From: Felis catus
Taxonomy: Eukaryota
Reading direction: 5' to 3'
DNA length: 64,000 nucleotides
Assembly (NCBI RefSeq): GCF_018350175.1
Contig: NC_058383.1
Location: forward strand, 5,954,001 to 6,018,000
The notes below the pieces were generated by a model that saw nothing but the letters and a program-made list of their open reading frames with translations, made no database searches and had not been told where the DNA came from. Within the stretch, counting starts at the first letter, position 1; the number at the start of each line of letters is the position of its first letter. Below are positions 9,255-21,490 of the stretch, piece after piece. Made by a program: the position numbers and the translations under genes.

Positions 9255-11364
9255 TGTGGACACGTGGTGGGAAAAATTTGGTTCAGATGTCAAGTCCGAT
9301 GACACTCACATACCCCTGAGAGGGCACGAAAAGGTTTATTAGATCATGAGACTAATAACCAAATGGGGGAGATCATGGTGATACCCACATGGGTCCGAAA
9401 ATGGCTTGAGAGAACAGAGAAAAAAACTGGCTTGGTTTTTTTATGGTGGTTAGTGGGTAGGGCCGGAGTGATGATTCTTCCGTGTAGTTCACACACCTCA
9501 CTGGTGTCAAAGGAAGAGGAATTTAGGCTCTCCTGTTACTTGTCCAGATGTGGGGAAAGAGGGAGAAGTGAGGCTTAAGCGCTGTCAGCAGTCAAACATC
9601 AAAAAGTGTAGACAGACACGTGATTACAGCGCACCTCAGATGTTCGATGCCTGAAATGCACCACGTTGCATTTAATTAGATTTCAACTTGTGTAAGTCGT
9701 TGTGAGGTCTGTAGCTTGAGGCTGGTAAGAATTCTGGAGGTAAGAGTCCTGTCGAGTGCCTGTTCAGGGGCCCAGAATTGTGTATCTTGAGAGGTACGGT
9801 GAGTATCTCGACCCCTGTCAATAATATCTAGAACTGTGTAGGAGACCAGTATCTTGGTGAGGTCTTGCATTGTGGCTTTCATAAGTAGAGAGACTCGTGT
9901 GATCTTGATTTATATTTTGGGTATCTGTGGGACAGGACATTCCCAGAGTTCTTTACCCCCAAAGGGGCAAGATTCTGGTTCAAGAATCTAAAGATGTACA
10001 GATGGGTCAGTTGTTGGCCAGGGCCGCTAGTGCTAAGATTACTCTCTGAAGTTTGGCCAGTTGTGCTGACCCTTGGGTCCTACTATCCTTCAGCAACATC
10101 CTGGGTGAGGGATAAAAAAACATTAACTCCCCGAGGAACACTAGCAGGTGTCATGGTGGTAATGCCATCTGAAAAATGTGAGGACTCCCTTTGCTGTTTC
10201 CTTAGCTGACGGCAAGGGGCTCCTCAGGTGGCCAAGGGGTCTGGGAGCAGGGTGACGTCCTCCAGCACCAAGGCATCTGGCAGGGGACTGAGGACAAGGA
10301 AGGCCACCCTCTGCTGCAGGTGAGCTATGCCAGAGGGTCCAAGATTAGCTCTGTTATGTAGCAAAAAGGCCTTGGTGACTGTGCTGAGCTTGTTGCTGGG
10401 ATGTTGGCTTTCATGACCCAAGACATATGGACAGCTGGGCATGGGAGGCCTCAGGCCAGGGCCTGTGACAGGGACTGTTTCCAGAATCACATAGTATGCA
10501 ACTAGCAATTGCTGCTCTAATGGCATGGAACATGAGGCCAAGGAATCTCTTGTATTAGAAGCCCATGAGTAACTTAGAGCGGTCCACAGGCTCTGGGAGG
10601 CGTGAGAGGGGATTGCTGAAGCCTCTGTAGTGAAGCACCCTCTGGGGGCACTGTTGGGAATGCTCGTTGCATTGCAATCTGGACAGATTCTAGAGCCTTT
10701 TATTGTGGGGGCCCCACTTGAGGTGGGCGATTTGCAAGTAACAGCACAAGTGAGCTGAATAAAGTCTGTAAATGCAGATTGCACTGCTTCCAGAACCCAA
10801 GAAAGTCCTAGAAGAGGTTAGGCTTGTTTTAACGTTGAGGATACGGAGAGACAATAGCCATTTTTTGGCAATGTCCGAGATGGGATGGCCTTCAGTTTAC
10901 CAAACGGTTATTAGGAATTTAACCGAGGTTTAGGGGTCTTGCAGTGAGAGCAGGACAATGATCTGCTATAATTGCATCAAGATACAGGATTCAATCTGTG
11001 ACACACAGATAAGTGTGGGCCAAGGCATATGACCCAGGGCCACTTTAAGGAGAGAACCCACCCCACGTTCCTGTCTAAAATGCCACTTACCTAAACTTCT
11101 GATGCAAGTCAGTTAAATCCGTAACAGTGACTCCCAAGCTGGTGTGCAGTTGGCTTGAGGACAGGGAAAGGACACTGGCTTGGGGTTTTTACAATGGTTA
11201 GAGGGTGGGACTGGGGTGAGGTGTCCATGTATAGTTTGAACTTCTCACCTGCACCAAGGGAGAGAGCACCTGGGCTCTCTCATCAGTTTGCCCAGGTGTG
11301 GGGCAGAGAGGAAGAGGGAGGGAAAGGCAGACATCAAAAAATGGAGTCAGAGGATTTCCTTGCG
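9255..11364 (-). mobile_element. ERVL-class endogenous retrovirus remnant: two related LTRs (MER54/MER73-like) flanking a deleted pol region
   Basis: LTR copies at 9255-9628 and ~11128-11364 share tggcttgag...ctggcttgg..ttttt...ccag.tgtgggg...acatcaaaaa..g.ag.cag. Minus-strand internal translations resemble ERV-L Pol. Confidence 0.8.
9700..11050 (-). pseudogene. Decayed ERV-L-like pol (RT C-terminus, connection/RNase H region, integrase core fragments)
   Basis: Frameshifted pieces LGFWKQ, KWGP, KALESVQIAMQRAFP (~10660-10820); PLEQQLLVAYYVILET...RANLGPSGIAHLQQRVA (ORF 10224-10784); ATMQDLTKILV...DRGRDTHRTSQDTQFWA (ORF 9676-9882). Confidence 0.75.
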
Positions 11365-11447
11365 ATGACAGTACCCGCCAACTGGATGGGCAGATTTAAC
11401 ACCATCCCCATTAAAAACCAACTTGACTTTTTCCAGAAATTGGCAGG

Positions 11448-11480
11448 CCAATCCCAATCCCAATCCCAATCCCAATCCCA
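11448..11480. repeat. (CCAATC)5.5 hexamer tandem repeat
   Basis: ccaatc x5 plus cca, read directly. Confidence 0.95.
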
Positions 11481-11686
11481 GGTGTCTCAGTCAGTTGAGC
11501 GTCTGACTTCAACTCAGGTCATGATCTCATGGTTCGTGAGTTTGAGCCCTGAGTCGGGCTCTGTGCTGACAGCTCAGAGCCTGGAGCCTGCTTCTGACTC
11601 TGTGTCTCCCTGTCTCTCTCTCTCTACCCCCGCTCACACTCTGTCTCTCTCTCTCTCTCTCAAAAATACATAAACGTTAAAAAAAA
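11479..11686 (+). mobile_element. Can-SINE, 5' end missing
   Basis: Starts at caggtgtctcagtcagttgagcg; has the (CT)n region and A-tail; no clear TSD. Confidence 0.92.
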
Positions 11687-12051
11687 TGCAAGAGACCCAG
11701 AATAGCCAAAACAATATTGAAAAGAAAGAACAAAAGTTGGAAGACTCCTACTTGATTTCAAAACTGACTACAAAGCTATAGTAACAAGACTACTGGCTTA
11801 GGGACAGATGTATGGTTTAATGGAAGGGTTTCAGACTCCAGAAATAAACCTATACTTTTATGGTCAGTTGATTTTTGACAGAAATGCCACGACCAGTCAG
11901 TGGGGGAAGAAGAGTCTTTTCAACAAATCCTGCTGGGATAGCTAGATATCCACATGGGGGGAAAAATGAAGCTGGATTTCTGCCTCACGCCATAATATAA
12001 AAATTAATTCAAAATAGATGAAAGACCCTACGTTTAAGAATTGGAACTATA

Positions 12052-12245
12052 GAGGTGCCTGGGTGGCTCAGTCGGTTGGGCGTCCACCTTTGGCTCAGGT
12101 CATGATCTGGTGGTTTGTGAGTTAGAGCCCCACGTTGGGCTCTGTGCTGACAGCTCAGAGCCTGGGGTCTGCTTCAGATTCTGTGTCTTATACGCTCTCT
12201 GCCCCTCCCCCACTTGTACTCTCTCAAAAATAAATGTGAAAAGAA
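12052..12245 (+). mobile_element. Can-SINE
   Basis: TSD aagaattggaactata / aagatttagaactata (14 of 16 match). Confidence 0.93.
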
Positions 12246-13299
12246 AAGATTTAGAACTATAAGCTCACAGAAGAAAACATAGGTGTAAATATTTGTGACC
12301 TTGGATTAGGTACTGATTTCTTAGATGTGATACCAAAAACACAAGCAACCAAAGGAAAAACTAATAAATTGAATTTCATCAAAAGTAAAATTTTTTGTTT
12401 CAAAGAACACTGTTAATGTGAAAAGGCTACCCAGAGAATGATAGAAAATATTTGCAGCTATATATCTGATTTTAAAAAGCCTAGTATCCAGAATATGTAA
12501 AAAACTCTTAACAACCCAGTAACAAAAATTGACAAATAATACATATAAAAGTGAGCAAAAGATTTGACTAGGTCCTGCTCCAAACAAAATATACAAATGA
12601 CCAATACCACATGCAAAAATACTTAATATCATCAGTCATTAGGGAAATGCAAATTGAAACCACAATGAGATACTATGTCACATCCGCTGGGGACAACTGA
12701 AATTAAAAAATAAGTAAATAACAAATGTTGGAGAAAATGCAGAGAAAATGGAACCTTTGTACATTGCTGGTGGGAATGTAAAATGGTGCATACACCTTTG
12801 GAGAAAGTGTTTTGTCAGTTCCTCAAAAAATTGAATAGTTACCGTATGACCCAACAATTCCACTCCTAACTATATACCCAAGAGAACTGAGAACATATAC
12901 CCACACAAAATGAGTACACAAATGTTCACCGCAGTGTTATTCATAATAGCCCAAAAGTAGAAACAACCCAAATGCCTAGCTACTGATGAATGGATTAAAA
13001 AATTGTGATACATACATACGATGGAATACTATTCTTTAATACAAAGGAATGATATAGTGATATACACTCTAATATGGATAAATCTTGAAGACACTATGCT
13101 GTGAGTGAAAGAAACCAGTCCCAAAGGACCACATCTTAGGTCATTGATATAAAATTTCCAGACCAGGCAAATTTATAGAGACAGAAAGTAGATTAGTGGT
13201 TGACGGGGGCTGGGTGTAGGTGTGGGATGGAGGGAAATGGGAAGTGACTGCTAACGGGTATAGAGTTTCTTTCCAGGGTGATAAAAATGTTCCCAAATT

Positions 13300-13483
13300 G
13301 GGGCGCCTGGATGGCTCTGTTGGTTGAACATCTGACTCTAGATTTTGGTTCAGCTCATGATCTCATGCTTCATGAGATTGAGCCCCGCATTGGGCTCTGC
13401 ACTGACAGTGCTTGGGATTCTCACTCCCTCCCTGTCTGCCCCTCTCCCACGTATTCACATGGGTGCTCTCTCTCAAAATAAAT
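13300..13483 (+). mobile_element. Can-SINE
   Basis: Perfect 17-bp TSD AAAATGTTCCCAAATTG at 13284-13300 and 13484-13500. Confidence 0.95.
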
Positions 13484-13609
13484 AAAATGTTCCCAAATTG
13501 ATTGTGGTGATGGTTGCAAACGTCTGAATATTTTAATATCTACCGAATTGTACATTTTATGAGTGAATTTTATGGCATGCAAATTAGATCTCAATTTTAA
13601 AAAGAGAAA

Positions 13610-13810
13610 TGTGAGGTTTTGGACCTGGACAGGTGGTAGATGCCATTTCTTGAGATGGGGAGATGGGGGAGAGCAAAAAAACAGGTTTGAGAGGGAGGAG
13701 ACTCAAGAGTTCTGGTTTTGAACATAGATTTGAGATGCCTTCAACTCATTTCGGTGGAGCTGTCCAGTGGGCAATTGGATTTTGCAAGAGGTCCGATGTG
13801 GAGATTAAAA
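13610..13810 (-). mobile_element. L2 LINE remnant
   Basis: tgccatttcttgagatgggga...caagagttctggttttgaacat...tttgagatgcct resembles the L2 consensus. Confidence 0.7.
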
Positions 13811-14794
13811 TTGGGGTTAAAAACATGGCTCCTACCAGGGTGATTGCCCACCCCCTGCACTTTTTGAGAGTAAATGTAAAGAAGCATTTGAGCTTATCCT
13901 TCAGTGGACGACAGGCTCCTCCTCCCTGGTAGGAGCCGTACTCATGCACAAGCCAGTCTAATTCGACATGCATTTATGGATCCTATTTGGGACAGTATTT
14001 AGAAGGTTGGACCTCCTCTCACAGTCTGTTGTGAGACACAGTCAAACCGATTAAGCCAAGTAAGCAAATCATCGTCTCTGAAAGCTTATAGAGGCCAATG
14101 CTGGGGTATGGGCAGTTTCCATAGGGACTTGTCTGTTAATGACCCCTTGCTCCATATTCAGCGGCAAGCTGAACCCACCCAACCATTGACCTTGACCTCA
14201 ATGGCTCATAGAGCAGCCAGTTGACTCTGCCTGGGGTTGGCTTTGGGCAGTCATACAGAAGCCACTTGAGTGTTACTAGGGATTTCAGTAGGACAGGGAA
14301 GCTTGTCAAGGCCAGGATTACGTGTGTTTGGTTACGGGACTTTGGCCTTGACAGGCTGCTGGCCTATTGTTTTCTCAGGGAAGCACCGGGCAAATTTACC
14401 AGGTGGTTTTACTTCTCTCTACAAAGCAGTCCTGCTCTCTGCAGTTGTCAGTGCAAATATCCACGAGCACATTTTAAAACCCTGTTCAAGCAGAAATAAA
14501 ACACAGAAGACTGCAGCTTGTGGATAGATTCACATTTCTTTGTCACTCATTATCATGCCCCAGAGAGCACGTCCTGAGGGAATAATGCAGTCATATCCTG
14601 GCTTTCTGTGCTCAAGGGAATGGCATAGATCATGAAGGGTCTATATCTCCACTTGAGATTCAGGTCTTGCAAGAAATACCACGTCTATTTTCTTCCAAGA
14701 CTATTTTGAGACATCCTATATACAACAGACTAGGTGTAATATATGTGTGCAGTTTAAAAATAATCCTAAGTGAACATTAGTGTACCAGCCACTT

Positions 14795-15191
14795 GGTTTA
14801 AGGAATATTTGTTCAGGGTCTGCTTTGTGCCGGATACTCTTCTAGATACTTGATAGATGCCAATGAATGAAAGAGAAAAAAAATCCTGCCCTTGTGGATC
14901 TAACATTCTGGAGAGAGGAAATCAACAGTAACTCCTAGATGCTTGCATGAACAGATTATAGAATTTGTTAGCAGTTGGTGAGTGCTCTGGGAAAAGGACT
15001 AGTAGAGTGGAGTGGGGTGAATAGTAGTGTGGTTGTGGGGATTTCTCAGCAAGGTAGGTTGATGGAGGGCACCTGGGTAGCTCAGTCGGTTAAGCATCTG
15101 ACTCTTGATTTTGGCTCAAGTCATGGTCTCTCTGTTTATGGGTTCAAGCCCTGCATCAGGCTCCGTGCTGACAACATGGAGCCTACTTGGG

Positions 15192-15252
<61 letters not shown>

Positions 15253-15380
15253 CTCCCCCACCATAAATAAATAAACATTTTTTAAAAGGTAGGTCAATTA
15301 AGTAGGCTTTATTGAGAAGATGGTGTTTGAGCAAAGATTTGAAGGAGGTGGGAGTTTTGACCACACAGATCTTTTCTGCA
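14795..15380 (-). mobile_element. L2 3' end remnant, split by a SINE
   Basis: atatttgttcagggtctgctttgtgccggatactcttctag...aatcctgcccttgtggatctaacattct; continues tttgagcaaagatttgaaggagg. Confidence 0.65.
15064..15285 (+). mobile_element. Can-SINE with long (CT)n
   Basis: SINE head and A-tail; TSD aaggtaggttgat / aaggtaggtcaat. Confidence 0.92.
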
Positions 15381-15669
15381 TGATCAGACTATGGGCTCAT
15401 CTATGACATGATTTTTTTTTTAAATAACTTAATATGACACTTTTGCTATTTCTCCAGGATGGTGTGTGTAGCTGTAATTTATTAAATTTCACCACTGTGT
15501 AGTCTTTCTTGAATGTCCAAACCTCATTCATCTATTTGTTCCTTAGCCGATGAACTTTCTTGGATGGCAGATATCTACTGGTGCAACCTGCAAGAATTTT
15601 CTCCAGGGCTAATGCCTAGGAGTGCAGTTGCTGGGCTGAAAGGTAGGAACGTCTTCACATTTAACCAAA

Positions 15670-15945
15670 TGTTATGGTTGGAAATGCATGTCCCCACCAA
15701 AATATGTTGAAGCCCTAACCCCCAGGATCTGTGAGTATGACCTGATCTGGAAATAGGGTCTTTGCAGAAGATGGAGTTGAAGTGAGGTCTTTGGGATGGG
15801 CCCCAATCCAATATGACTGGTATCCTTATAAAAAGAGGAAACTTGGGTGCAGAGACAGACAAGCACAGGGGGAAGACAACATGAGGACACAGAGAGAAGG
15901 CCATCTGTAAGCCAGGGAGCACCTGAAGCTAACAGAAGCGAGGCG
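15670..15945 (+). mobile_element. MaLR LTR (MLT1-type), partial
   Basis: tgttatggttg...ggaaatagggtctttgcaga...ccaatccaatatgactggtatccttataaaaagagg. Confidence 0.85.
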
Positions 15946-15949
15946 ACAG

Positions 15950-16530
15950 GCCTAAAACACACACCAATCACAAATCCCATGTTGTCAACTGTATTTCTGG
16001 CCACCTGGCTGTAAATTGGGTTCCCATGACCTGCTCCTTGGGTTTGGTAATTTGCCAGAATGGCTCCAAGAATGCAGGGAAATACTTCCATGTATTGGTT
16101 TATTATAAAGGAAATAGTAAAGGATAACAGATAAACTTCCAGGTGGAGAGACACACAGGGGAAGAATCCCAAGTTTAGGAATTTCTGTCCCATGGAGTTG
16201 GATCGATGACCTTCCCGACACGTGGATGTGTTCATCTCCAAACCTCACACTTTGGGGATTTTTATGGAGTATTCATCACATAGGCATGACTATTAACTCC
16301 ATTTCCAGCCCATCTCCCCTCTCCAGGGTAAGCGATGAAATTTCCAAGCATCTAATCATGGCTTGGTCTTTCTGTGACCAGTTCCATCCAGGAACCCACC
16401 AAGAATTGCCTCATTAAAATAAAAGATGCTCTATCACCCAGGAAATTGACAAAGTATTTAGGAGTTCAGTTTCAGGAACTGGGGTCAGAAACCAATGTGT
16501 ATATATTTTATTATTTCATAATGCCTCACG
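15950..16530 (-). mobile_element. MER21-like ERVL LTR
   Basis: ggctgtaaattgggttcccatgacc...ggtttattataaagga...catggcttggtctttctg...ttccatccaggaacccaccaagaattgcctcatta. Confidence 0.75.
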
Positions 16531-16559
16531 TAACTTTTTGGGCATACAGAGCAGAAAAA

Positions 16560-16616
16560 CTTTTTAAGTTTATTTTTGAGAGAGAGAGAGAGAGCACGCT
16601 TGTGTGTGTGTGTGTG

Positions 16617-16653
<37 letters not shown>

Positions 16654-16808
16654 CGTGAGTGCAGGGGAGGGGCAGAGAGAGGGAGAGTATTGCAAGCAGG
16701 CTTTGCGCTCAGTGCAGAGCCCTCCTTGGGACTCACAAACTGTGAGTTCATGACCTGACCCCAAATCAGGAGTCTGACCCTTAACCCACTGAGCCACCCA
16801 GGCACCCC
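16560..16808 (-). mobile_element. Can-SINE containing a (GT)n microsatellite (~16602-16651)
   Basis: SINE head ends at ...gagccacccaggcacccc (16808); (GA)n and (GT)n tracts present. Confidence 0.92.
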
Positions 16809-18339
16809 AGAAAAAAATTTAAACATATTGAATGAACACTTACAATAATTGTTTTATTGTCCTTGTCTCTTTATTTTAACATCTCTGTCAATTCTGGGCC
16901 TGGCTTCCAGGAGCCCTGCCCCACAAGTGCTCAGTAGTCTGGGGAGGAGTGTGGTCTGTCTGCCGTCTCTGACGTTGTCTGCCCCTCTGTCCAGACACAG
17001 TGGGATGACTGAGTTGTCTGCCCCGGGAGGGTGGCAGGCCTGACTGGGAAGGGCCTTCTAATGGCCTTCTTTTGGGCACATGCTCATGAGGCCCAGCAGC
17101 CCCAGCCTGTCGTGAGCCAGCCGGTGTCGCTGGGAGATGTGGCCATGCCCATGCCCTTCCCCTCGGGGAGCTGTTCTGCAGGACCAGAACCGTGGACTGG
17201 GTCTTCATTGTCACCCAGGGCAAGACTTCAACTGGTTCCCAAGCAGCCCATTAGAAGCGGAGCCTCTGGCAGAGCGGAGGAATCCACGTGTGGCAGACAG
17301 AGTCTGTGCCCAGGAGGATCACACTGTCCTGATCCCGGCCCTTGTCTGCGCTGTGTGTGTGGGGGGGGGGGGGGGCAGGGGGGGTGGAGGGCTGAGCTCA
17401 GGTATCCCCACCCAGCTGCCTCTCGACCCTCAGAGAGGAACTTCTGCCTGGAACCTCTCCTTACAGCCCACCTCCTGTTCTATTTTAAGAGTCTCCGGTG
17501 CAAGAAATAGGAAAAAAGGAATAAATACATATATTTGTGTTCCGGCAGAGAGAGGAGGCAGAGTGTAGATGGCTGCAAGGAGACTTTGAGAACAGTGTCT
17601 CCTGAGAAGAATCAGACTCACTCCCAGGTGGGCGAGGGTAGGGGCCGTTTACCTGTGGGGAAACTGAGGCACCAGACTTCCAGAAAAGCCAAGACTCAAT
17701 CTCAGGCCTCTTAGTAGTATACCCTGCATGGTTGGTCTACACGTATTATTCTCTTGGTAATAGGATGTAATCTTTTTTACTCCCTAGGACGTAATTTAAA
17801 AATAGATGCAGCTTTTGGCTGACTTACAAATCAAGGTGTGTACCTGGACCCGTTAACCTGCAACCCGGGGTGACAGGGACGGCCCGCAGGGAGAGCCCCA
17901 GGTCCCTTCTTCAGGTTTCTGCAGAACACTGAGCCCCCCCCCCCCCCCCGGCAGTGCAGGGCCACGGGCTCCGCTTCCCTGGCTCTCTCTGCTGAGACAT
18001 ACTTGGCAGAAACTGTCCACGTGCCTGGCACACCCCGAGCCCTGACCCAGAATGTGGCTAAGCCCTGAGCCCATCCACAGGGCAGCACACTGATGCCATC
18101 ATTCACAGCCACTCAGCTGGTGACAGTTGGTCAGGGGGGCCTCATGCCCTGAGATGACAGCAGGGCCGGGTGGCTGGTTCTGGGCTCTGCTGCACTTGCT
18201 GTGTGGCCTTGAGTAAGCCACTTCCCCTCTCTGGGCTATCTGGAATGTGGCCCAGAGATCTCGACATCCCTTTGTCCTGGAACCCAGCTGGAGGGGATAT
18301 TTATAATAATCCCTCATGGGGATGTTCCAGGGGGCTGGA

Positions 18340-18500
18340 ATTCATTTAAGCTACGTGGCATCCCTGAAAAGGCAGGCAGGTTTGTTGTTCCCATTTCACA
18401 GATGAGGAAAATGAGACCCAAGCAAAAGAAGGGGCTTACTGACACAGAGGAGACCCACCCAGGATCTGGCCTTGCACATGCTGTCCTGCAGGCATATTTC
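18340..18500 (-). mobile_element. MIR remnant
   Basis: cccatttcacagatgaggaaaatgagaccca resembles the MIR core. Confidence 0.6.
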
Positions 18501-19439
18501 ACCCAGAGACTTGGGGAATAGGAGCATGAAGTGGGGCACGTACCCCTGGGTATTACTAGAGGCATCTGAGTGCCCCCTCCCCCTGAGGACCTGGGGACAG
18601 CCCCCAGCCAGCTGCAGGCACCCACGGCAAAGCCTCGTTCCCATATCCTCAGGTCTCTTCTCCTTCCTACCTGGCTCTTTCTCTCTCCTTCAGCAAATAT
18701 TTGCTATTGCTCAGCGAGGTGCTGCCATGGTTACAGGCATCCCAGGAGCTAAGGGTCCAAGTCGGACTTTAAACCTCTTTAAAATTCAAGACCCAGAGTA
18801 AACAGCTGCTTCTCGAAAGCTCAGTCCTGCAGGTGACAGTGCTCCCATCACTCCAGACTGCAAGGCCCTTGCCGGCGGAGGCGTTGAGAGTGGTGGAGGC
18901 AGGGCTCCAGGGTCGCACCAGGGCCCCACAGTCCCAGGTGGGGGAAGAAGAGCTTGAGGCCACGCAGGCCCCCTTATGGGGACACCCGGGGGTGGTTTCT
19001 GCTCTAAAGAGGTGCCTCCTCTGGGCAGCGGGGACCCAGCTTCCAGTGACGCCAGGGGACTGCGGACTGGGGCCTGATTTCTGATCGGGCACCCTCCATC
19101 CCAGGTGTGAGCCCGGGGAAAATCTCGATTCTCTGAGCCTTTAGTTTGCTCATCTATAAAAGAAGGGCAATTTAGCCCTCCAGGGCTTATTTGGAGGAGT
19201 GAAGCCTTCAGAGGAGGACATGTTTTCTGAGTAGGAAAGCGTGGTTGTCAGTGGATGGGAGGCCCAGAGGTCTGGTTCTAATAGATGCAAATGCCCAAGT
19301 TTCTTTGCACAACCTCTCCCCTGGGTGACTTGGGGCCGGGGACTCCACGTCTCTGAGTTGCAGTTTCCTGCCTGTGTGATGGAAGAGAAACAATGGACAG
19401 CACTGGGCTGTTCCAAGAACTGAAGGAGCTAAAAATGCG

Positions 19440-19875
19440 TGTATCAGTTATCTGTTACTGTGTAACGAATTACTCCAAAGCGGAAGGTCTGAAGCCAGGC
19501 AGATATTTATTGTCTCGCCAGTTCTGTGGGCCGGGAATCCAGGAGTGGCTTAGCTGGGTGGTTCTGGCTGAGAATCTCAAGCTTGTGATTAAGACAATGG
19601 TTGGGGCTGTGGTCTCTGAAAACTTGACTGGGCCGCAGGGGCCACTTCAAGACGGCTGTTGGCAGACCCCAGGTCCTCACCACGTGGGCCTCTCCAAAGG
19701 GCTGCTCGCGATGAAGCAGATCTGACCGAAGTGGTGTCTGTCGTAACCTAATCTCGGGGGACGTGCCATCACTTCTGCTGTGTGCTACACGGCTCCGAAA
19801 GCCCTGATGTGATACAGGGGCAGGTGGGGCTACTCAAGGCTGTGTGTTCAGGAGGTGGAGATCGCGGGGCTCCAT
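19440..19875 (-). mobile_element. MaLR LTR (MLT1F/H-like)
   Basis: tgtatcagttatctgttactgtgtaacgaattactccaaa...ggcttagctgggtggttctggctgag...ccatcttggaggtaggctaccac. Confidence 0.8.
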
Positions 19876-20929
19876 CTTGGAGGTAGGCTACCACCCCTGG
19901 AAAGGGCCCACCCAGTGCCCCGGTGTACGGGAGGCGATACAGTTGTTATGCAGCACTTACAATGACTTAGGTTGGAGAAGGGAATGCGGGAAAGATAACA
20001 GGCTGAGAACTAAGGCTCCAGGTGCCAGCTGAGACACGTTCCCTGGGCCAGGCAAAGAGACTCGGTGACCAGACTTACAGCGCCAGCAGGAGGGGCAGGA
20101 GGGGATCCCTCAAGGGGAGACTGGCGGGGGCCAGGCACAGATAGGGCCGGGACAGCCTCCGTCACTTACGGCCAGATCCAGGTGACACGCCACGGAGCAG
20201 ACAGGCAGGCTGTGGTGGCGGGGACACCCTGGGCACTCTTGTCCTTGGAGCTTCCCTCTAAAGCTGCTTGTCCCATGCACACTGTGTCCACATGCACTGT
20301 GAAGTCTTGGGAGCAGCTCTGCTTGGCTTCTTAGGGTTTCTTCTGATATGAGTCTATTCCAGGCACCAGTCACTTTCGTGCGTTCTCCTGAGCACCTTGC
20401 TACTCACCTGTATTCTCGAAGCCTCATTCACCCTTTTTGGGGCCCAGGGATGAATTCAACAATCGCTCAAGTGCTTGGAAGATGCAGTCTGGAATGAGAT
20501 TCTCTCCACATGCCACCTCCCTTCCATCACCCAAGAACCTACTCAAATGACACGGCCCCCAGAGAAGTCCCCGTCTCCAGGGCCCCATCTCTCCTCCCCT
20601 GACCCCTACCCTGCTTTGCCTTCTGCAGGGCACAGATGGTGCTGTGCCCATTACCTTGCATTTAGGATGGCTTGTTCACCTGCCGTCTCCCATAGGGCCG
20701 AGGGCTCTAGGAGAAGCTGGACTGTGTCTCCCCGCCTGGTTCTGTATCCCCTGAGCCCAGCCCCGTGCCAGCACCCGGTAGGTTCTCACGAACGTTTCTG
20801 TAGGAAAGTGAATGAAGGAGGAGAGAGGAAGCTGCCACTTTCTGGTGGGGAGCCCCTGCCATGCCCAATGGAATAGCCATTATATTTTGAGACACAGATG
20901 AGACCATGGAGCCTCCTGGCTCTGCAGGG

Positions 20930-21490
20930 ACAGGCCGTGGGAACCCAGGGAGAAGGCAAGGAGAATGGGGAGCCTGTCTAGCAATTCAAGACAGAAATGG
21001 CGGTGGCTGAGCCACGGGTGGTGGCAGGGGAGTTGGCGAGAAGGGCTTAGCTTCCAGACTGACTCCCAAGGTAGGGCCGCCAGGGTTTCCCTGCAGGTTG
21101 GCTGTGAGGATGAGGGTTTGGGGCAGAGCCCGGGGTGTGCTGGTGCTGTGTGCTGACCCTGAGAATAGGGGCAGTGGATCTGGGGACGTGGCGTGGCCGG
21201 TGTGGGTGCTGGAGCTGGAGGGGTCTGTAGGCATCCAGTGGGAACATGCATCAGAGTCCAGAGACAAAGAGTCAGGCTGGGGATGGGAATGTGGGAGCTG
21301 AGGCGCAGACATCAACATGAAGCCATACAGCACCCAGGTGCCTGAGGGGGCGCTGGGTCCTGAACACCCCAGTTTAAGAGGTCAGGAGAGGAAAGGAACT
21401 GAGTAGGAGCAGCTGGGGACAGGACGAAAATGCGCAGTGTGGCATCCAGCACGCTTTGGGAAGGAGGGAGACAGGCGACCACCTGCCAAG
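20930..21490 (-). mobile_element. L2 remnant
   Basis: Purine-rich degenerate L2-like motifs (gtttaagaggtcaggagaggaaaggaactgagtaggagcagc). Confidence 0.5.

Larger units (their letters stand above)
9160..13605 (+). mobile_element. L1MB-like LINE-1 (ORF2 3' part plus 3' UTR), interrupted by an ERVL element and three SINEs
   Basis: L1 segments at ~9160-9254, 11365-11447, 11687-12051, 12246-13299 and 13484-13605 are colinear (gacccagaatagccaaaacaat; cattgctggtgggaatgtaaaatggtgca; gagacagaaagtagattagtggttg). Confidence 0.85.

Noticed and set aside
10224..10784. Domesticated retroviral gene
   Set aside because: Pol similarity hops between frames, with stops and large deletions around this ORF, consistent with neutral decay.
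11448..11480. Interstitial telomeric repeat or CRISPR-like array
   Set aside because: The unit is GGGATT, not TTAGGG, and there are no spacers. No CRISPR or other prokaryotic system is evident anywhere in this mammalian window.
94..17805. Isolated TF motifs (TGACGTCC 94-101, TGAGTCA 9093-9099, TTAAAAATAG 17796-17805)
   Set aside because: Single short matches are expected by chance in 64 kb; not reported without clustering or conservation.
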